Made by a program: the position numbers and the translations under genes. The notes beneath the pieces were generated by a model that did not search any database, was not told the origin of the DNA, and worked only from the letters and a program-made list of their open reading frames with translations. 64,000 nt of DNA, taken from IMG/VR virus record IMGVR_UViG_3300046507_000526, positions 6,193-70,192 of that record. One strand, written 5' to 3'. How positions within the stretch are numbered: the stretch's first letter is position 1; the number at the start of each line of letters is the position of its first letter. The stretch is from a virus (Duplodnaviria; Heunggongvirae; Uroviricota; Caudoviricetes). Shown in pieces: positions 18,943-28,450 of the stretch.

Positions 18943-20046
18943 TTAATCACGTTGAAGAGCTGTCCACGCGTCATTGCTTCTTCCCGTAGTTGAATCCGTA
19001 CCTGGGTCATACAGGGCAGCGTCAATAGCAGGGCCAGTAGCAAGTCCGATAGCACCCTTAAGTACTGAACCGGAAGTTTTACCGACAGCCTTCACAATAG
19101 CCTTGGGTTTACCGACTCCCCCGCTCATAAGGTTATTGACGTTTGATTTTACGCTATTAGAAGCTGCTCTGCCTACTGCTGCAACACCTTTAAAAGGCAT
19201 AGCCGCAGCAGCTCCTACTGCCCTGCCTGCGACATAGCCAGGATTACCAAGATTCTTGGCAAATTGTCCTGACTTCTTACTGATATTTTTCATCGCATCT
19301 GAGAAGTTATTCTGATTAATTCCCTGTGCGGTAGCAGCGGCTTGTTTCTGAAGTTCTGAACGCTGACGCTGTTCACGAACTAGTTCCCGGGCTTGCTTAT
19401 ACAAATCTGCAAATCCTTTAACTTCGCTTAGCTGAGCTTCTTTAAAAAGACCTACACTTGCGATATCACGATACTTTTGTACGGAGCCTGAAACTAGAAT
19501 AGAGAGTTCTTTGAACTCCTGTTCCGTTGTAACACAGGCCAGTTTATCCATCCATTTCTCATCACTGTTGATTGCCTTAGCTGTTTTCACAAGCCTCTCA
19601 GCGACGTTCATGCTTTCAATCTGGATACGTTCAAGTGCCTCTTTATTAGCAGCTGCAGATTTTATGAAGTAAGCCAGCTTTTCGCCGTGCTCAAGTTCAC
19701 GATTTTCATAAGCAGAAGCTTGTTTTTCCATTGCGTCTTTTTGTTCAACGCTAATAGCTGCAGCAGATTTTTCTTGGAAGTTATCAGGCACTGTAGCTGC
19801 GGTCATGACTTCCGCGTATTTAGCAAGCGGAAATTCGATAGTGCGATCTTCTTTACTCAGTTGTAGAACTTTAAGGTATGCGATATTGTTCGTTGATTCC
19901 ACAGCACGCTTAACCTGTTCACTATTCAATTCGTAGGCGGCAGCTTGCTTTGCAAGACCCGCGCTAAGGGGAACGTTGTTGTTCAGGAAGTCTTCGACTG
20001 CCTTTACTGAGATATCTCTAATTTCTTCTGGGCTGATATTAGCCAT
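18943..20046 (-). CDS. Head/internal protein with K-x-A motifs and C-terminal Gly/Ala-rich segments
   Basis: LAKQAA, QEKSAA, MEKQAS, FIKSAA, LFKEAQ, LQKQAA; promoter 20072..20078. Confidence 0.6.
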   Translation of the reverse strand: MANISPEEIRDISVKAVEDFLNNNVPLSAGLAKQAAAYELNSEQVKRAVESTNNIAYLKVLQLSKEDRTIEFPLAKYAEVMTAATVPDNFQEKSAAAISVEQKDAMEKQASAYENRELEHGEKLAYFIKSAAANKEALERIQIESMNVAERLVKTAKAINSDEKWMDKLACVTTEQEFKELSILVSGSVQKYRDIASVGLFKEAQLSEVKGFADLYKQARELVREQRQRSELQKQAAATAQGINQNNFSDAMKNISKKSGQFAKNLGNPGYVAGRAVGAAAAMPFKGVAAVGRAASNSVKSNVNNLMSGGVGKPKAIVKAVGKTSGSVLKGAIGLATGPAIDAALYDPGTDSTTGRSNDAWTALQRD

Positions 20047-20194
20047 TGTGTCCTCGTTTTGACGATGTTCCTATTTTAGCATTGAGCGCTATAAAGGGCT
20101 TGCTTTTGGGGTGACGAATCGATTTTTGACCAGTCCTCATACGAAGTTGGCCTTGTTTCTTTTTAGCCGCGATTTTCTCTAGATATTTATTCAT
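20039..20194 (-). CDS. 51-aa tagged highly basic peptide (not in ORF track)
   Basis: MNKYLEKIAAKKKQGQLRMRTGQKSIRHPKSKPFIALNAKIGTSSKRGHNG; stop overlaps the ATG of the next gene. Confidence 0.8.
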   Translation of the reverse strand: MNKYLEKIAAKKKQGQLRMRTGQKSIRHPKSKPFIALNAKIGTSSKRGHNG

Positions 20195-20271
20195 GTGTGT
20201 TATTTAACTTCCAGATACAAACAGGGCCTACCAGTATAAAACTTAGTAAGCCCTTGTTTTTAGCTATATTC

Positions 20272-20994
20272 TTATTTTTCGGATTCGTCTTCTTCTGATT
20301 CTTTATCGTTCAACTCTTGTGATGCATCCCTTGCAGGTAGTTCACTCAACTCTTTAATATCGAATCCTTCCAAGCTATCGAAACCGTTAAAGTCCGGTAC
20401 AACTTCTCTAATAGCGATTTCAAGCTCTTGACGTGCTGCATGCGTATCTGTAGTCCATACTTTAAGCAATCTGGCAATATCCATGGACAGTTTCGTCCAT
20501 TTCGTAGCCTCTTTAGAAGCTTCAGCGACATTACCGCTGAACATTGCTTCCTTGCTTTTATAAACGCATGTCGTGAATAAATCGACCAGGCCATCAATCG
20601 GGGATATCGTAACTGCTTTCCCCATTCTCCACGCTATAAATTCGAGTCCTTGACTCAAAGCCCATAACTTAAGGTTTGCTTCGTCTTTATCTCGAACATC
20701 TAAAAGCTCCATCTTGGTAAGCTTGTCGCATTCCGTAACATCGTAGAAAATCTTGGAATACATTTCTACGACATCTACCGGGAGTTCAAGGATATTAGAG
20801 ATAGCTTCAAAATCATTGCTACATAAAAGCGCAGCTTCTACGTAGCCTTTTTTAAGCTTGGATTCCTTGATCGGAATAATTTTCAGATATGCGCGTCGTT
20901 CAGGGCAGTCCACCTCGCTAAGCAATAAATCTACTAGCGGGTCAACTCCCCTTTTCGTGTTGCGGATATGTAATTCGCGTTGATTTGGTCTCAT
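20272..20994 (-). CDS. Hypothetical protein with possible HTH
   Basis: EAISNILELPVDVVEMY helix-turn-helix-like segment; acidic tail. Confidence 0.45.
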   Translation of the reverse strand: MRPNQRELHIRNTKRGVDPLVDLLLSEVDCPERRAYLKIIPIKESKLKKGYVEAALLCSNDFEAISNILELPVDVVEMYSKIFYDVTECDKLTKMELLDVRDKDEANLKLWALSQGLEFIAWRMGKAVTISPIDGLVDLFTTCVYKSKEAMFSGNVAEASKEATKWTKLSMDIARLLKVWTTDTHAARQELEIAIREVVPDFNGFDSLEGFDIKELSELPARDASQELNDKESEEDESEK

Positions 20995-21003
20995 TGCACA
21001 TGT

Positions 21004-22965
21004 TTACTCTTTAACGCTTAATTGTTTTCCAGAAGATTCAGTATCAATAACGTCAGCAGTAGCCGAGTATTCTTTCAGCTTCAGGTAATTATCACCAAGA
21101 AGTCGATACACTGTTTTGAGACCTGCCAGGAATGCGTAGACTTGATCTGCGTCATTGGCTTCAGCAAGACGACCGATATGAACACGAGCCATAAACAATG
21201 TACGTCCGAGTTTATCGATAGCTTCCTCGATGTCGGGAAGATATTCGTTAATCAGCTCGAACATGTCTGGGGCTTGAAGAAGTTCAGAAATAATCGTCGC
21301 CTCTGTAACCTGAGCATCACCCGTAGCAAGAGCACCTTGAACATTAGGGATAAATTGACCGTTAGGTTTATAAGCCCCATTCATGGTAACTTCGTCAGGA
21401 TCAATACCGGTTTGATCTTCTTCCCCGTATTGCGGCATATTACCGTCATCCTGCGCATTCGTGAAGCCAGCTTTCTTAGTCATGTAGATTTTTACGAACT
21501 TCACTTCCTTAGCCTGTTTCACAAAGCTTGTCGCTACTTCTGGATCAATGCCTTCACCTACAACAAGGCGTTTCATAACATCTGATTCTACTCCAGCGGT
21601 TTTACCGTTAATGGCAAACTCTACGCCATCATATCCCAGGTTCATTTCCTGACCGAGCCACTGAATATCATGAAGTTTACGCTTATGCGAAGCAGAGTTT
21701 ACATTACGCTCAAGATCCCCTGTCAGATTCTTACCAAGCTTTAGAACGATGGAATTATAAGGGAGATAGATTTCCTTGCTACGACCACTGCCACATACTG
21801 CAGGACCTGGCTTAGCATTACGATATCCGTAAAGAACCATCTCATATCCATACCCCATTTCTGAAGAAGAGCCTTTTACTTCAACGCCTAGGCTGCTGAG
21901 AACAACTTGATCCACAGATACTGGACCTAGAAACTCTCCTGAATTAAGCACGATTACAATTCTATCACCATTCTCCACATCTTTCAACATGATAGGAGGA
22001 TTGTATTCAAACATCGTTTTGAGAACTTCTTTACGATCAAGAGTTTCCCCGACGGAAACAAAGCTGTCAGATAGAGCGTAGTCCCCTGTTGTGAAAATAG
22101 CCATTGAAGTCTTAGCGGCATCGCCAAGATCATTGGTTACACGTTTTGGGCTAGAACCCAAAGTATACATCTTAGGAATGTAAGCCTCACGAGACGTACC
22201 GTTAGACAGCATAATTTCAAAATCTCTATCTCCATCAAGATTTGAAATATTACGGAAAGTACCTGCTGTATCGAAATTATCAATAGCAACAGCAACCCGG
22301 GAAGTAGGTTGTTCGCCTTCAATGTGGTAACCGTCGTTCAGGATTGAGGAGATCTGATCATTGGTCATCGAAGGGTTTGCGGCAGTTACAACCGAGATCG
22401 GCGAATAATTAGTAACTGCTGCCATACTTTCAGGACGGCTTTTTAGAACATCAAAAATGGCCTTTAGTCCGTACATTTCATCAAGAGAATCGTACACCGA
22501 TTTTTCGGCTGCGATCTTCTCCATTGTTGCCTGTTTGATATAGTCCGGCAGACTAGCCATGAATTCAGTCAGGCGACTAGAACTAGCATAGACATGCTTG
22601 CCAGTACGGGGCGGGTTAATCATATCCGCTACGCTTGGGTTACCAACCACAGTTTTAGGAATATCTGTAGGTTTACCTTGACCGAGCTGGCTCGAAGTAA
22701 CAACAAGGGCTACAGTTTTTTTCGTAAGCGGGAAGAATTTCTTCTCGTTATCAAAAAAGATAGAGTCAATAGGGTACACGTTATCATTCTTCGATACTAC
22801 GGGGACGAAGAAGATTTCAGTTCCGACGCGTAATACGAAAACACCGACCTGAATGCCGGTATCGTCTTGGAGTTCTTCAGAAACATCCTTAAACGTGATA
22901 ATGTAATTCCCTAGCTCAGGAACAGTTTGAAGCAGTTTTGCTAGAGCAATGTCGGAGAAATCCAT
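21004..22965 (-). CDS. Large head-associated protein
   Basis: 653 aa; YIKQAT, MEKIAA, FVKQAK, MTKKAG; promoter 22993..22999. Confidence 0.55.
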   Translation of the reverse strand: MDFSDIALAKLLQTVPELGNYIITFKDVSEELQDDTGIQVGVFVLRVGTEIFFVPVVSKNDNVYPIDSIFFDNEKKFFPLTKKTVALVVTSSQLGQGKPTDIPKTVVGNPSVADMINPPRTGKHVYASSSRLTEFMASLPDYIKQATMEKIAAEKSVYDSLDEMYGLKAIFDVLKSRPESMAAVTNYSPISVVTAANPSMTNDQISSILNDGYHIEGEQPTSRVAVAIDNFDTAGTFRNISNLDGDRDFEIMLSNGTSREAYIPKMYTLGSSPKRVTNDLGDAAKTSMAIFTTGDYALSDSFVSVGETLDRKEVLKTMFEYNPPIMLKDVENGDRIVIVLNSGEFLGPVSVDQVVLSSLGVEVKGSSSEMGYGYEMVLYGYRNAKPGPAVCGSGRSKEIYLPYNSIVLKLGKNLTGDLERNVNSASHKRKLHDIQWLGQEMNLGYDGVEFAINGKTAGVESDVMKRLVVGEGIDPEVATSFVKQAKEVKFVKIYMTKKAGFTNAQDDGNMPQYGEEDQTGIDPDEVTMNGAYKPNGQFIPNVQGALATGDAQVTEATIISELLQAPDMFELINEYLPDIEEAIDKLGRTLFMARVHIGRLAEANDADQVYAFLAGLKTVYRLLGDNYLKLKEYSATADVIDTESSGKQLSVKE

Positions 22966-23031
22966 TTATAACAGTCCTTTGAAATATGCAGATATTTTAG
23001 CAGGATAAGCCGCGTTTAGTCTATTGTGATT

Positions 23032-23811
23032 TTAACATCCGGGTGGATGCTGATTATCACCAGAAGCAACGGTAATCGTCCCCGTGCCAGTACTAGACCC
23101 ATTTGCAACAGCCACACCCCCGCCTGAGCTATTTGCCTGATTGTAGGCAGCTCCGTAGTAAATACTTGCTACGTACGCCGAAGTAGAACTTCCGTTTCCT
23201 CGATCCGTAGCCGCTAATCCAATATAAGCCTGGAAAGTTGCTTCCATTCTGCTGTTATACGTGAATTGACCTATTGTGAATTTACTACCCGATTGTTTCA
23301 CTGCTTTATATTTGGATTCTAAAACTACGAGCCCTGCAAGCAGTTGATTTGATACAGTAGATGAGCCATTAAATTTAGCAGAAAGGCTCTCTCCTGGATT
23401 TACACAAAGTATAGACACAAGATCAGGTCTTGCAGTCTCGATCAGGCACTTACCTGTTTTCTGAGAAGCGCCTTTCACCTGGTTCCAACCCATAGTCTGT
23501 AGAAGACCCCAAGCTCGAAGGCCCTGATCTACGTTGACAGATTGCTGATTAATACCTCTTCCAACTATATTCTGTACAGCGCTAGAATTGTAATAATCCC
23601 TGGCACCTGACGAGTTTATAACGCTCAAAGCAGGGCCTTGAGCATTTACATTGAAATGGCTCTCGTATTGAATCTGAGCCATAACCAACTTTACAATATC
23701 GTTCTCTTTGCCAAGAGTATTGGGAAAATACTGATCAAGTAACTGTCTGATCGTTGTAGCACAAATCTGTTTAATAGAGGTATCTACGACGGTTCCTGTA
23801 ACAGCACCCAT
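23032..23811 (-). CDS. Virion-associated lytic transglycosylase (SLT-like)
   Basis: AQIQYESHFN catalytic Glu motif and AWGLLQTMG; ATG overlaps the beta'-C stop (TAATG). Confidence 0.65.
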   Translation of the reverse strand: MGAVTGTVVDTSIKQICATTIRQLLDQYFPNTLGKENDIVKLVMAQIQYESHFNVNAQGPALSVINSSGARDYYNSSAVQNIVGRGINQQSVNVDQGLRAWGLLQTMGWNQVKGASQKTGKCLIETARPDLVSILCVNPGESLSAKFNGSSTVSNQLLAGLVVLESKYKAVKQSGSKFTIGQFTYNSRMEATFQAYIGLAATDRGNGSSTSAYVASIYYGAAYNQANSSGGGVAVANGSSTGTGTITVASGDNQHPPGC

Positions 23812-25637
23812 TAGTACTTACCTCCCTCTCCTTCACCGAATTCATTGCCGATAATATACGAAGTAATGGGATCAGTACTGTGAATATGTGATTCAGATCC
23901 TACAGCTGCACTTTCACGTAAGGTGTTTTTAAGACCTGAGAATGAAAGCTTAGATACCCAGTTATCATCGAGTAATTTAGCTGTCTTAAGACCAGGCACA
24001 ATCGGAACTACTCGAAGTCCAGTCGGAGCCACAGGCACCTTGGTTACCCCCTTTTCACGCAATTCCTGAATATGATTACCGTCAAGAAGTGTTCCCGGCG
24101 TAAGCTCATAAACGCCTTTTGCTAAAAGTTTACCTTCAGCCTGGTCAAGAGGAACTTCTCCATGAGTGTCAGCAAAATACTTGCGCACTGTATTCACATC
24201 AATCTTTTGGCCAGGTAGGAAACCAGTTTCAGCAGGATCAATTACTTCAACGTGCTTGACCAGGTTCTTGGCAATCATTTCGAAATGGCGAGGATCAAGG
24301 CCTCCGCCGTATATTCCACGAAGCTCATGGGCCATGTACAGCCGACCTGCACCCAGACCTTTCAGTCCAACCAGTTTTCGAGGATTTACAACACCGGTAG
24401 AAAGGGCATCGCCTTTGAGAATCTTTTCGCCAACAGCAACTTTAAGATTCTGATTGTTAGGCACGAAGTGTGCCTGCTCGTTTACGAACACATTATGGTC
24501 ACCAAGAGGGGTTTGCTTAATTGCGGAAACCACGCCATTGATATTCGAGATCGTTGCTTCGTCTTTGAAGTTTTCCGAAGGATTACGCAGAAGATTCGAG
24601 GCTTGATCGTAAGAGTTACCCTTACGAGCACCAACAGAAGCTTTGTGCTTCGTAGAAAGCATGGACTGCGTCAAAACTTCAGATACAGATTGAGCAGCGA
24701 TAACACCAACGTTTTCACCAATCTCAGCAGGTTTACCATTTCCCATTAATCCATAGCATTTCTTGCAAACACCATCATGTGCTTCGCATGTCAATACACT
24801 ACGCACCTTCATGTCTTTATGGCCTGAATTTACAAGTTCTTTGTAATAGTGCTCATCGATTAAGGTGTTCGTACCAACTTCGTAGCGGCCAATAGCTCCC
24901 TTTTTGTCGGCGATTGGCAAAGTTATACCGTTTGTCGTCCCGCAATCGTCAATAGTAATTACTTCATGGAATACGGTAGGGGAAAGTTCCTTAAACAGAG
25001 CGCCTGGAAGAGCTGTAGACAACTGAGATAGAACGGTAGATCCACGACCCATATACGACATTGCGATAACCTCTGCAGGAGTCATACCTTGAGCAAAAGA
25101 ATGCTTAATAACGAAAGGAACAAGTTCCCCTTTAAGGTTGATCGACATAAGAGGGGTCGATGTACCAGTAGCAAGCTGCGTGGGATTACCACGCGCACCA
25201 GTACGAGCCATCTTTGCAGCAGTCGAGCCTTTGCTCAAAAGATAGTCAAGGTTTTGTTTTTCGATCTTACCGTTGTATTCGCCAGTTAGATTTCCCAGCG
25301 CATCATTCTCTTCTTTCTTTGAAAATTTCTTTGCAAAGATTTGATCAACCTTTGTTTGAAATTCATCGATGATAGCCTGACGTTCGTCAGATTCATTTAT
25401 GTAATCGCTGAGCGGAGTAGTAGCACCAATCTCGGTTGCCTTGTTGAAGAACTTCTTACCGAGATCATTAATCGTTTCATGGCTATTAGGCCCGCCGTGC
25501 TTAAGAAGTACATTGACCAAGTCGCTGATAGCGCCTTTATCAAGAGGCCTGTACAGATCGAAGTTGTCCTTCGCTTCTTGAGTGGGAAGTTCTGATTTGA
25601 GCCTAATGGCTCCAGGCGTGGTATATTTTTCAGTCAT
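23811..25637 (-). CDS. rpoC: RNA polymerase beta' subunit, C-terminal fragment
   Basis: ARTGARGN, VITIDDCGT, RSVLTC, CKKCYG, GENVGVIAAQSVSEVLTQSMLSTKH (trigger loop), PRHFEMI. Confidence 0.9.
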   Translation of the reverse strand: MTEKYTTPGAIRLKSELPTQEAKDNFDLYRPLDKGAISDLVNVLLKHGGPNSHETINDLGKKFFNKATEIGATTPLSDYINESDERQAIIDEFQTKVDQIFAKKFSKKEENDALGNLTGEYNGKIEKQNLDYLLSKGSTAAKMARTGARGNPTQLATGTSTPLMSINLKGELVPFVIKHSFAQGMTPAEVIAMSYMGRGSTVLSQLSTALPGALFKELSPTVFHEVITIDDCGTTNGITLPIADKKGAIGRYEVGTNTLIDEHYYKELVNSGHKDMKVRSVLTCEAHDGVCKKCYGLMGNGKPAEIGENVGVIAAQSVSEVLTQSMLSTKHKASVGARKGNSYDQASNLLRNPSENFKDEATISNINGVVSAIKQTPLGDHNVFVNEQAHFVPNNQNLKVAVGEKILKGDALSTGVVNPRKLVGLKGLGAGRLYMAHELRGIYGGGLDPRHFEMIAKNLVKHVEVIDPAETGFLPGQKIDVNTVRKYFADTHGEVPLDQAEGKLLAKGVYELTPGTLLDGNHIQELREKGVTKVPVAPTGLRVVPIVPGLKTAKLLDDNWVSKLSFSGLKNTLRESAAVGSESHIHSTDPITSYIIGNEFGEGEGGKY

Positions 25638-25662
25638 AGTTGTAGAAATTAAAATGCTTTCC

Positions 25663-25669
25663 TATTTTA
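25663..25669 (-). promoter_or_regulatory. TAAAATA late-type promoter (beta'-C operon)
   Basis: CTAAAATAGGAA 26 nt upstream of ATG 25637. Confidence 0.65.
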
Positions 25670-25724
25670 GCGCTAAGGCATGTCCGGCCCTACTCATTCC
25701 CTTTGCACATATTACCCTAAAACT

Positions 25725-25733
25725 TGGTATAAG
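25725..25733 (+). promoter_or_regulatory. TGGTATAAG promoter
   Basis: Exact motif upstream of 25779. Confidence 0.75.
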
Positions 25734-25778
25734 TAAATTACGGATAAACAATCCATCTTAACTTTAGTCGGAGGAAAT

Positions 25779-26045
25779 ATGAACGGTGCATGGCGTATTG
25801 AAATGACAGAAGTAGAGCATGGCTGGGGTCCCAGGCCTGACGGCTATCTTTATTCCCTGAACAAGGAAGCTGTTGAAGCAGCAGCCAAAGAAAGAACTTC
25901 CAAGAAATGGAAGGGAGTTACCATCGAATCTGGCCGGGCAGAATTTGTCCCGATAACTCCGGAACTTCACGTTGTCCTGATGGAAACTGTCTGCATCATT
26001 ACCGCTGTTGGGAAAAAGGCAGGCGATCTGACCATCGTTTCGTAA
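25779..26045 (+). CDS. Small protein, paralog of 26071
   Basis: WRIEMTEVEHGWGPRPDGYLYS. Confidence 0.6.
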   Translation: MNGAWRIEMTEVEHGWGPRPDGYLYSLNKEAVEAAAKERTSKKWKGVTIESGRAEFVPITPELHVVLMETVCIITAVGKKAGDLTIVS

Positions 26046-26070
26046 CCGCAGTACAACATAGAGGTGAGCT

Positions 26071-26415
26071 ATGTTTGCAGCATATCGAGTGCAGATCGAG
26101 GAATACGTTCCGGGTCAAGGTTGGGTCGACGATGGATACCTGTATAGTCCGGATCAGGTCAAACTTAAAGTCGAGGTAGAACGCCGTTTGACCTCCTGTT
26201 ACTTCAACCAGGAACGAGTACGTGCCAACGAAGCAAAGATTGTCGTTGTGCATGAAACGTTCTTGCGGGACCTGAAGACGACGCCTGTACTTTCAACGAT
26301 CAAAGGATTGCATCCCGCTGATCAAGGTACCCTTGAAGAGCATAAGAAAACCTTCAAGGCTCCGAAGGTCTCGAAGTATCAAGGTAGAAGTAATGGCCTT
26401 TCAATGCTTCGTTAA
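26071..26415 (+). CDS. Small protein, paralog of 25779
   Basis: YRVQIEEYVPGQGWVDDGYLYS; GAGG RBS. Confidence 0.6.
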   Translation: MFAAYRVQIEEYVPGQGWVDDGYLYSPDQVKLKVEVERRLTSCYFNQERVRANEAKIVVVHETFLRDLKTTPVLSTIKGLHPADQGTLEEHKKTFKAPKVSKYQGRSNGLSMLR

Positions 26416-26755
26416 CCTCGACAAGAGAGTAGTGTAGATCCCAGACTGGACTGAGCGGAGTGAGATAGATTCTCTCCGCCAGTCCGTATTTTTTAATCAA
26501 ATCAGAAATATGTTGGTATAAAGACTTAAAGATCCCCTTACCTTTATTTTTACTCTTTGCAAATGTCTTTGCAGTTCCTCCAAATTCACCAACAGAGTTT
26601 AGGATAAGGCAATTATCGTGAATCGTTATATCTATAGGCATTCCTGAAATCCAGGCGGTTCCAGGCAATATTTTTTCATCTTTGAATTCGATGGTCGTGT
26701 TTGCTGATTCAGCAAGGGCCTTTAGGAATTCGTTTTCTTTAACATGTGTATACAT
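26354..26755 (-). CDS. Possible GNAT-like protein
   Basis: KNKGKGIFKSLYQHI resembles the acetyl-CoA-binding motif A; weak. Confidence 0.35.
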   Translation of the reverse strand: MYTHVKENEFLKALAESANTTIEFKDEKILPGTAWISGMPIDITIHDNCLILNSVGEFGGTAKTFAKSKNKGKGIFKSLYQHISDLIKKYGLAERIYLTPLSPVWDLHYSLVEVNEALKGHYFYLDTSRPSEP

Positions 26756-27910
26756 ATGGCAATTAAAAATAAGGCTGTTGAACTTCCAAAGGCGGCGCTT
26801 CCAAAAGCTACTACTAACGTAAATGCTTCATACTGGACCCAACTTCCTAAAACCAGCGATGAATACGGAAAAATTCTCGATAAAGTAATTGATGAACTAA
26901 ATAAGTCGCATAAGAACTCAGGATATAGCATTTATGTTCGTAAATCTAACAGATTCAAGGAACTCTCGTCTGCTAAGTATACAGAGAAAATGTTCCTGTT
27001 TTTGGAAGCTAACTATTGGTCATACACTACAAAGGCCGGTGCTGAAGCTATCCAGTACATCATAGATCATTTCCAGCTTAACGATCAAAACGCAAGGCTT
27101 AGTCCGGACCGCAAGCACGTAGAATTTATGTACGACGGCGTACTTGTTGAAATTGGAGATCCGAGTGAACGACTTAGGAAAGCCAATAGTAACCCTGAGT
27201 CTCAGATCACCAATGTTATATACGGATACGGAGGAGAGCTGTATAAGGTGATCAAGATCCTGCTTAACAAGTTTGGATTTGATTTTACAGACGAAGCCAA
27301 GTTTCAGTTCAAGCTTATGGAAGGAGAGTCCGTATATAAAACGTACGAAGTTGCTACGGGTCTAGATAGTTTATATAAACTCCTGGGCACGAGTTCCAGA
27401 AACGCACCGTATATGTTTAATTTTACAAAGCGGTCTGAATTCGCAGACTGGGCAATGGGTTCACGCTACATCGGTAAATCAACATTTGATATCGATGAGC
27501 ACAATAACTATGTAGGGCCAGTGGATTATTACGGGTCATCTCTGTACAGGGAACTGGTTCATATTATTCGTGAGAAATACGTTTCTGACGCAGACAAGGC
27601 TACGCCTGAAGTTTTGCCAGAAACGATCCGTAAGTATCAGAATAAATTCTGGGAAGCCAGAAGCGTTTACGAATATAAAAAGATGCTGAAAGATATGGCA
27701 GTGTATCAGGAACGTAAGATCATTCGGAATAAATTTACTGATACTATGATCATGGAAGTAACTGGTACAAATAACAAAGAAGAAATAGATTCCTTCAAGT
27801 TGAGATTTGAAAATCATATCTCCAACAGCGAAGATTTCTCGTTCTTCTTGCTGAGTTCTTCCGAAGATACTATCCGTGAGAAAATAGCAGCATTCAGAGC
27901 TTCGAACTAA
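26756..27910 (+). CDS. Possible divergent nucleotidyltransferase-family protein
   Basis: C-terminal half (SEFADWAMGSRY; RNKFTDTMIMEVTG) recalls phage Pol-beta-like NTases, but no GD-x-D motif is seen. Confidence 0.35.
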   Translation: MAIKNKAVELPKAALPKATTNVNASYWTQLPKTSDEYGKILDKVIDELNKSHKNSGYSIYVRKSNRFKELSSAKYTEKMFLFLEANYWSYTTKAGAEAIQYIIDHFQLNDQNARLSPDRKHVEFMYDGVLVEIGDPSERLRKANSNPESQITNVIYGYGGELYKVIKILLNKFGFDFTDEAKFQFKLMEGESVYKTYEVATGLDSLYKLLGTSSRNAPYMFNFTKRSEFADWAMGSRYIGKSTFDIDEHNNYVGPVDYYGSSLYRELVHIIREKYVSDADKATPEVLPETIRKYQNKFWEARSVYEYKKMLKDMAVYQERKIIRNKFTDTMIMEVTGTNNKEEIDSFKLRFENHISNSEDFSFFLLSSSEDTIREKIAAFRASN

Positions 27911-27914
27911 GTTT

Positions 27915-27921
27915 TAAAATA
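27915..27921 (+). promoter_or_regulatory. TAAAATA late-type promoter on the plus strand
   Basis: TTTTAAAATAG overlapping the first arm of the terminator hairpin 27924..27957; only plus-strand intergenic copy noticed. Confidence 0.55.
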
Positions 27922-27982
27922 GTCTAGACGTGATATAATGCGTCTAGGCTTTTTTTAGCTTTTCAAAGGCGTCCGACAATAA

Positions 27983-28450
27983 ATGCTACAACCTAACGAT
28001 GAATTCCTTTTTACCCGTCAACGTCACGAAGCTGATGTAATGGGCCTGCATTACGATCTGAGACTCGTTCATGGAGACAAAGCGTATTCTTTTGCAACTC
28101 TCAAGGATATGCCTAAACCTGGTGAAATCATTGCCGTCTATGAGCAGCCTGTACATGATCGTGCATACGCACTTAGCAAGAAGGTTGTCATTCCTAAAGG
28201 TCAGTACGGCGCAGGGACTACGTATCTGGATTGGGTTCGTAAAGCAGTTGTAGCCCCGCATAGCACAGAAACTAGTCTGGTTATATTCACGAAGGATGGT
28301 GAGAAGTTTCTTCTGAAGAAATCTCCGACCAAAGAAAATGAAAAGTCCTGGATTTTTAGAAACATCACAGGCATGGGGAAGAGTCAGAATCCTTATTTGA
28401 AGAAAGTAGAGGAAATGCAGAAAAAAGCGATGCAGGCATTTTATGAATAA
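27983..28450 (+). CDS. LigD-type 3'-phosphoesterase (PE) domain protein
   Basis: QRHEA..LHYDLRL..SFA..K..P..AV..H..Y..IPKGQYGAG, the signature of LigD PE domains. Confidence 0.85.
   Translation: MLQPNDEFLFTRQRHEADVMGLHYDLRLVHGDKAYSFATLKDMPKPGEIIAVYEQPVHDRAYALSKKVVIPKGQYGAGTTYLDWVRKAVVAPHSTETSLVIFTKDGEKFLLKKSPTKENEKSWIFRNITGMGKSQNPYLKKVEEMQKKAMQAFYE

Noticed and set aside
26514-26522. TGGTATAAA as a further promoter copy
   Set aside because: One mismatch, inside a coding region and about 240 bp from the next plus-strand start; cannot be distinguished from chance
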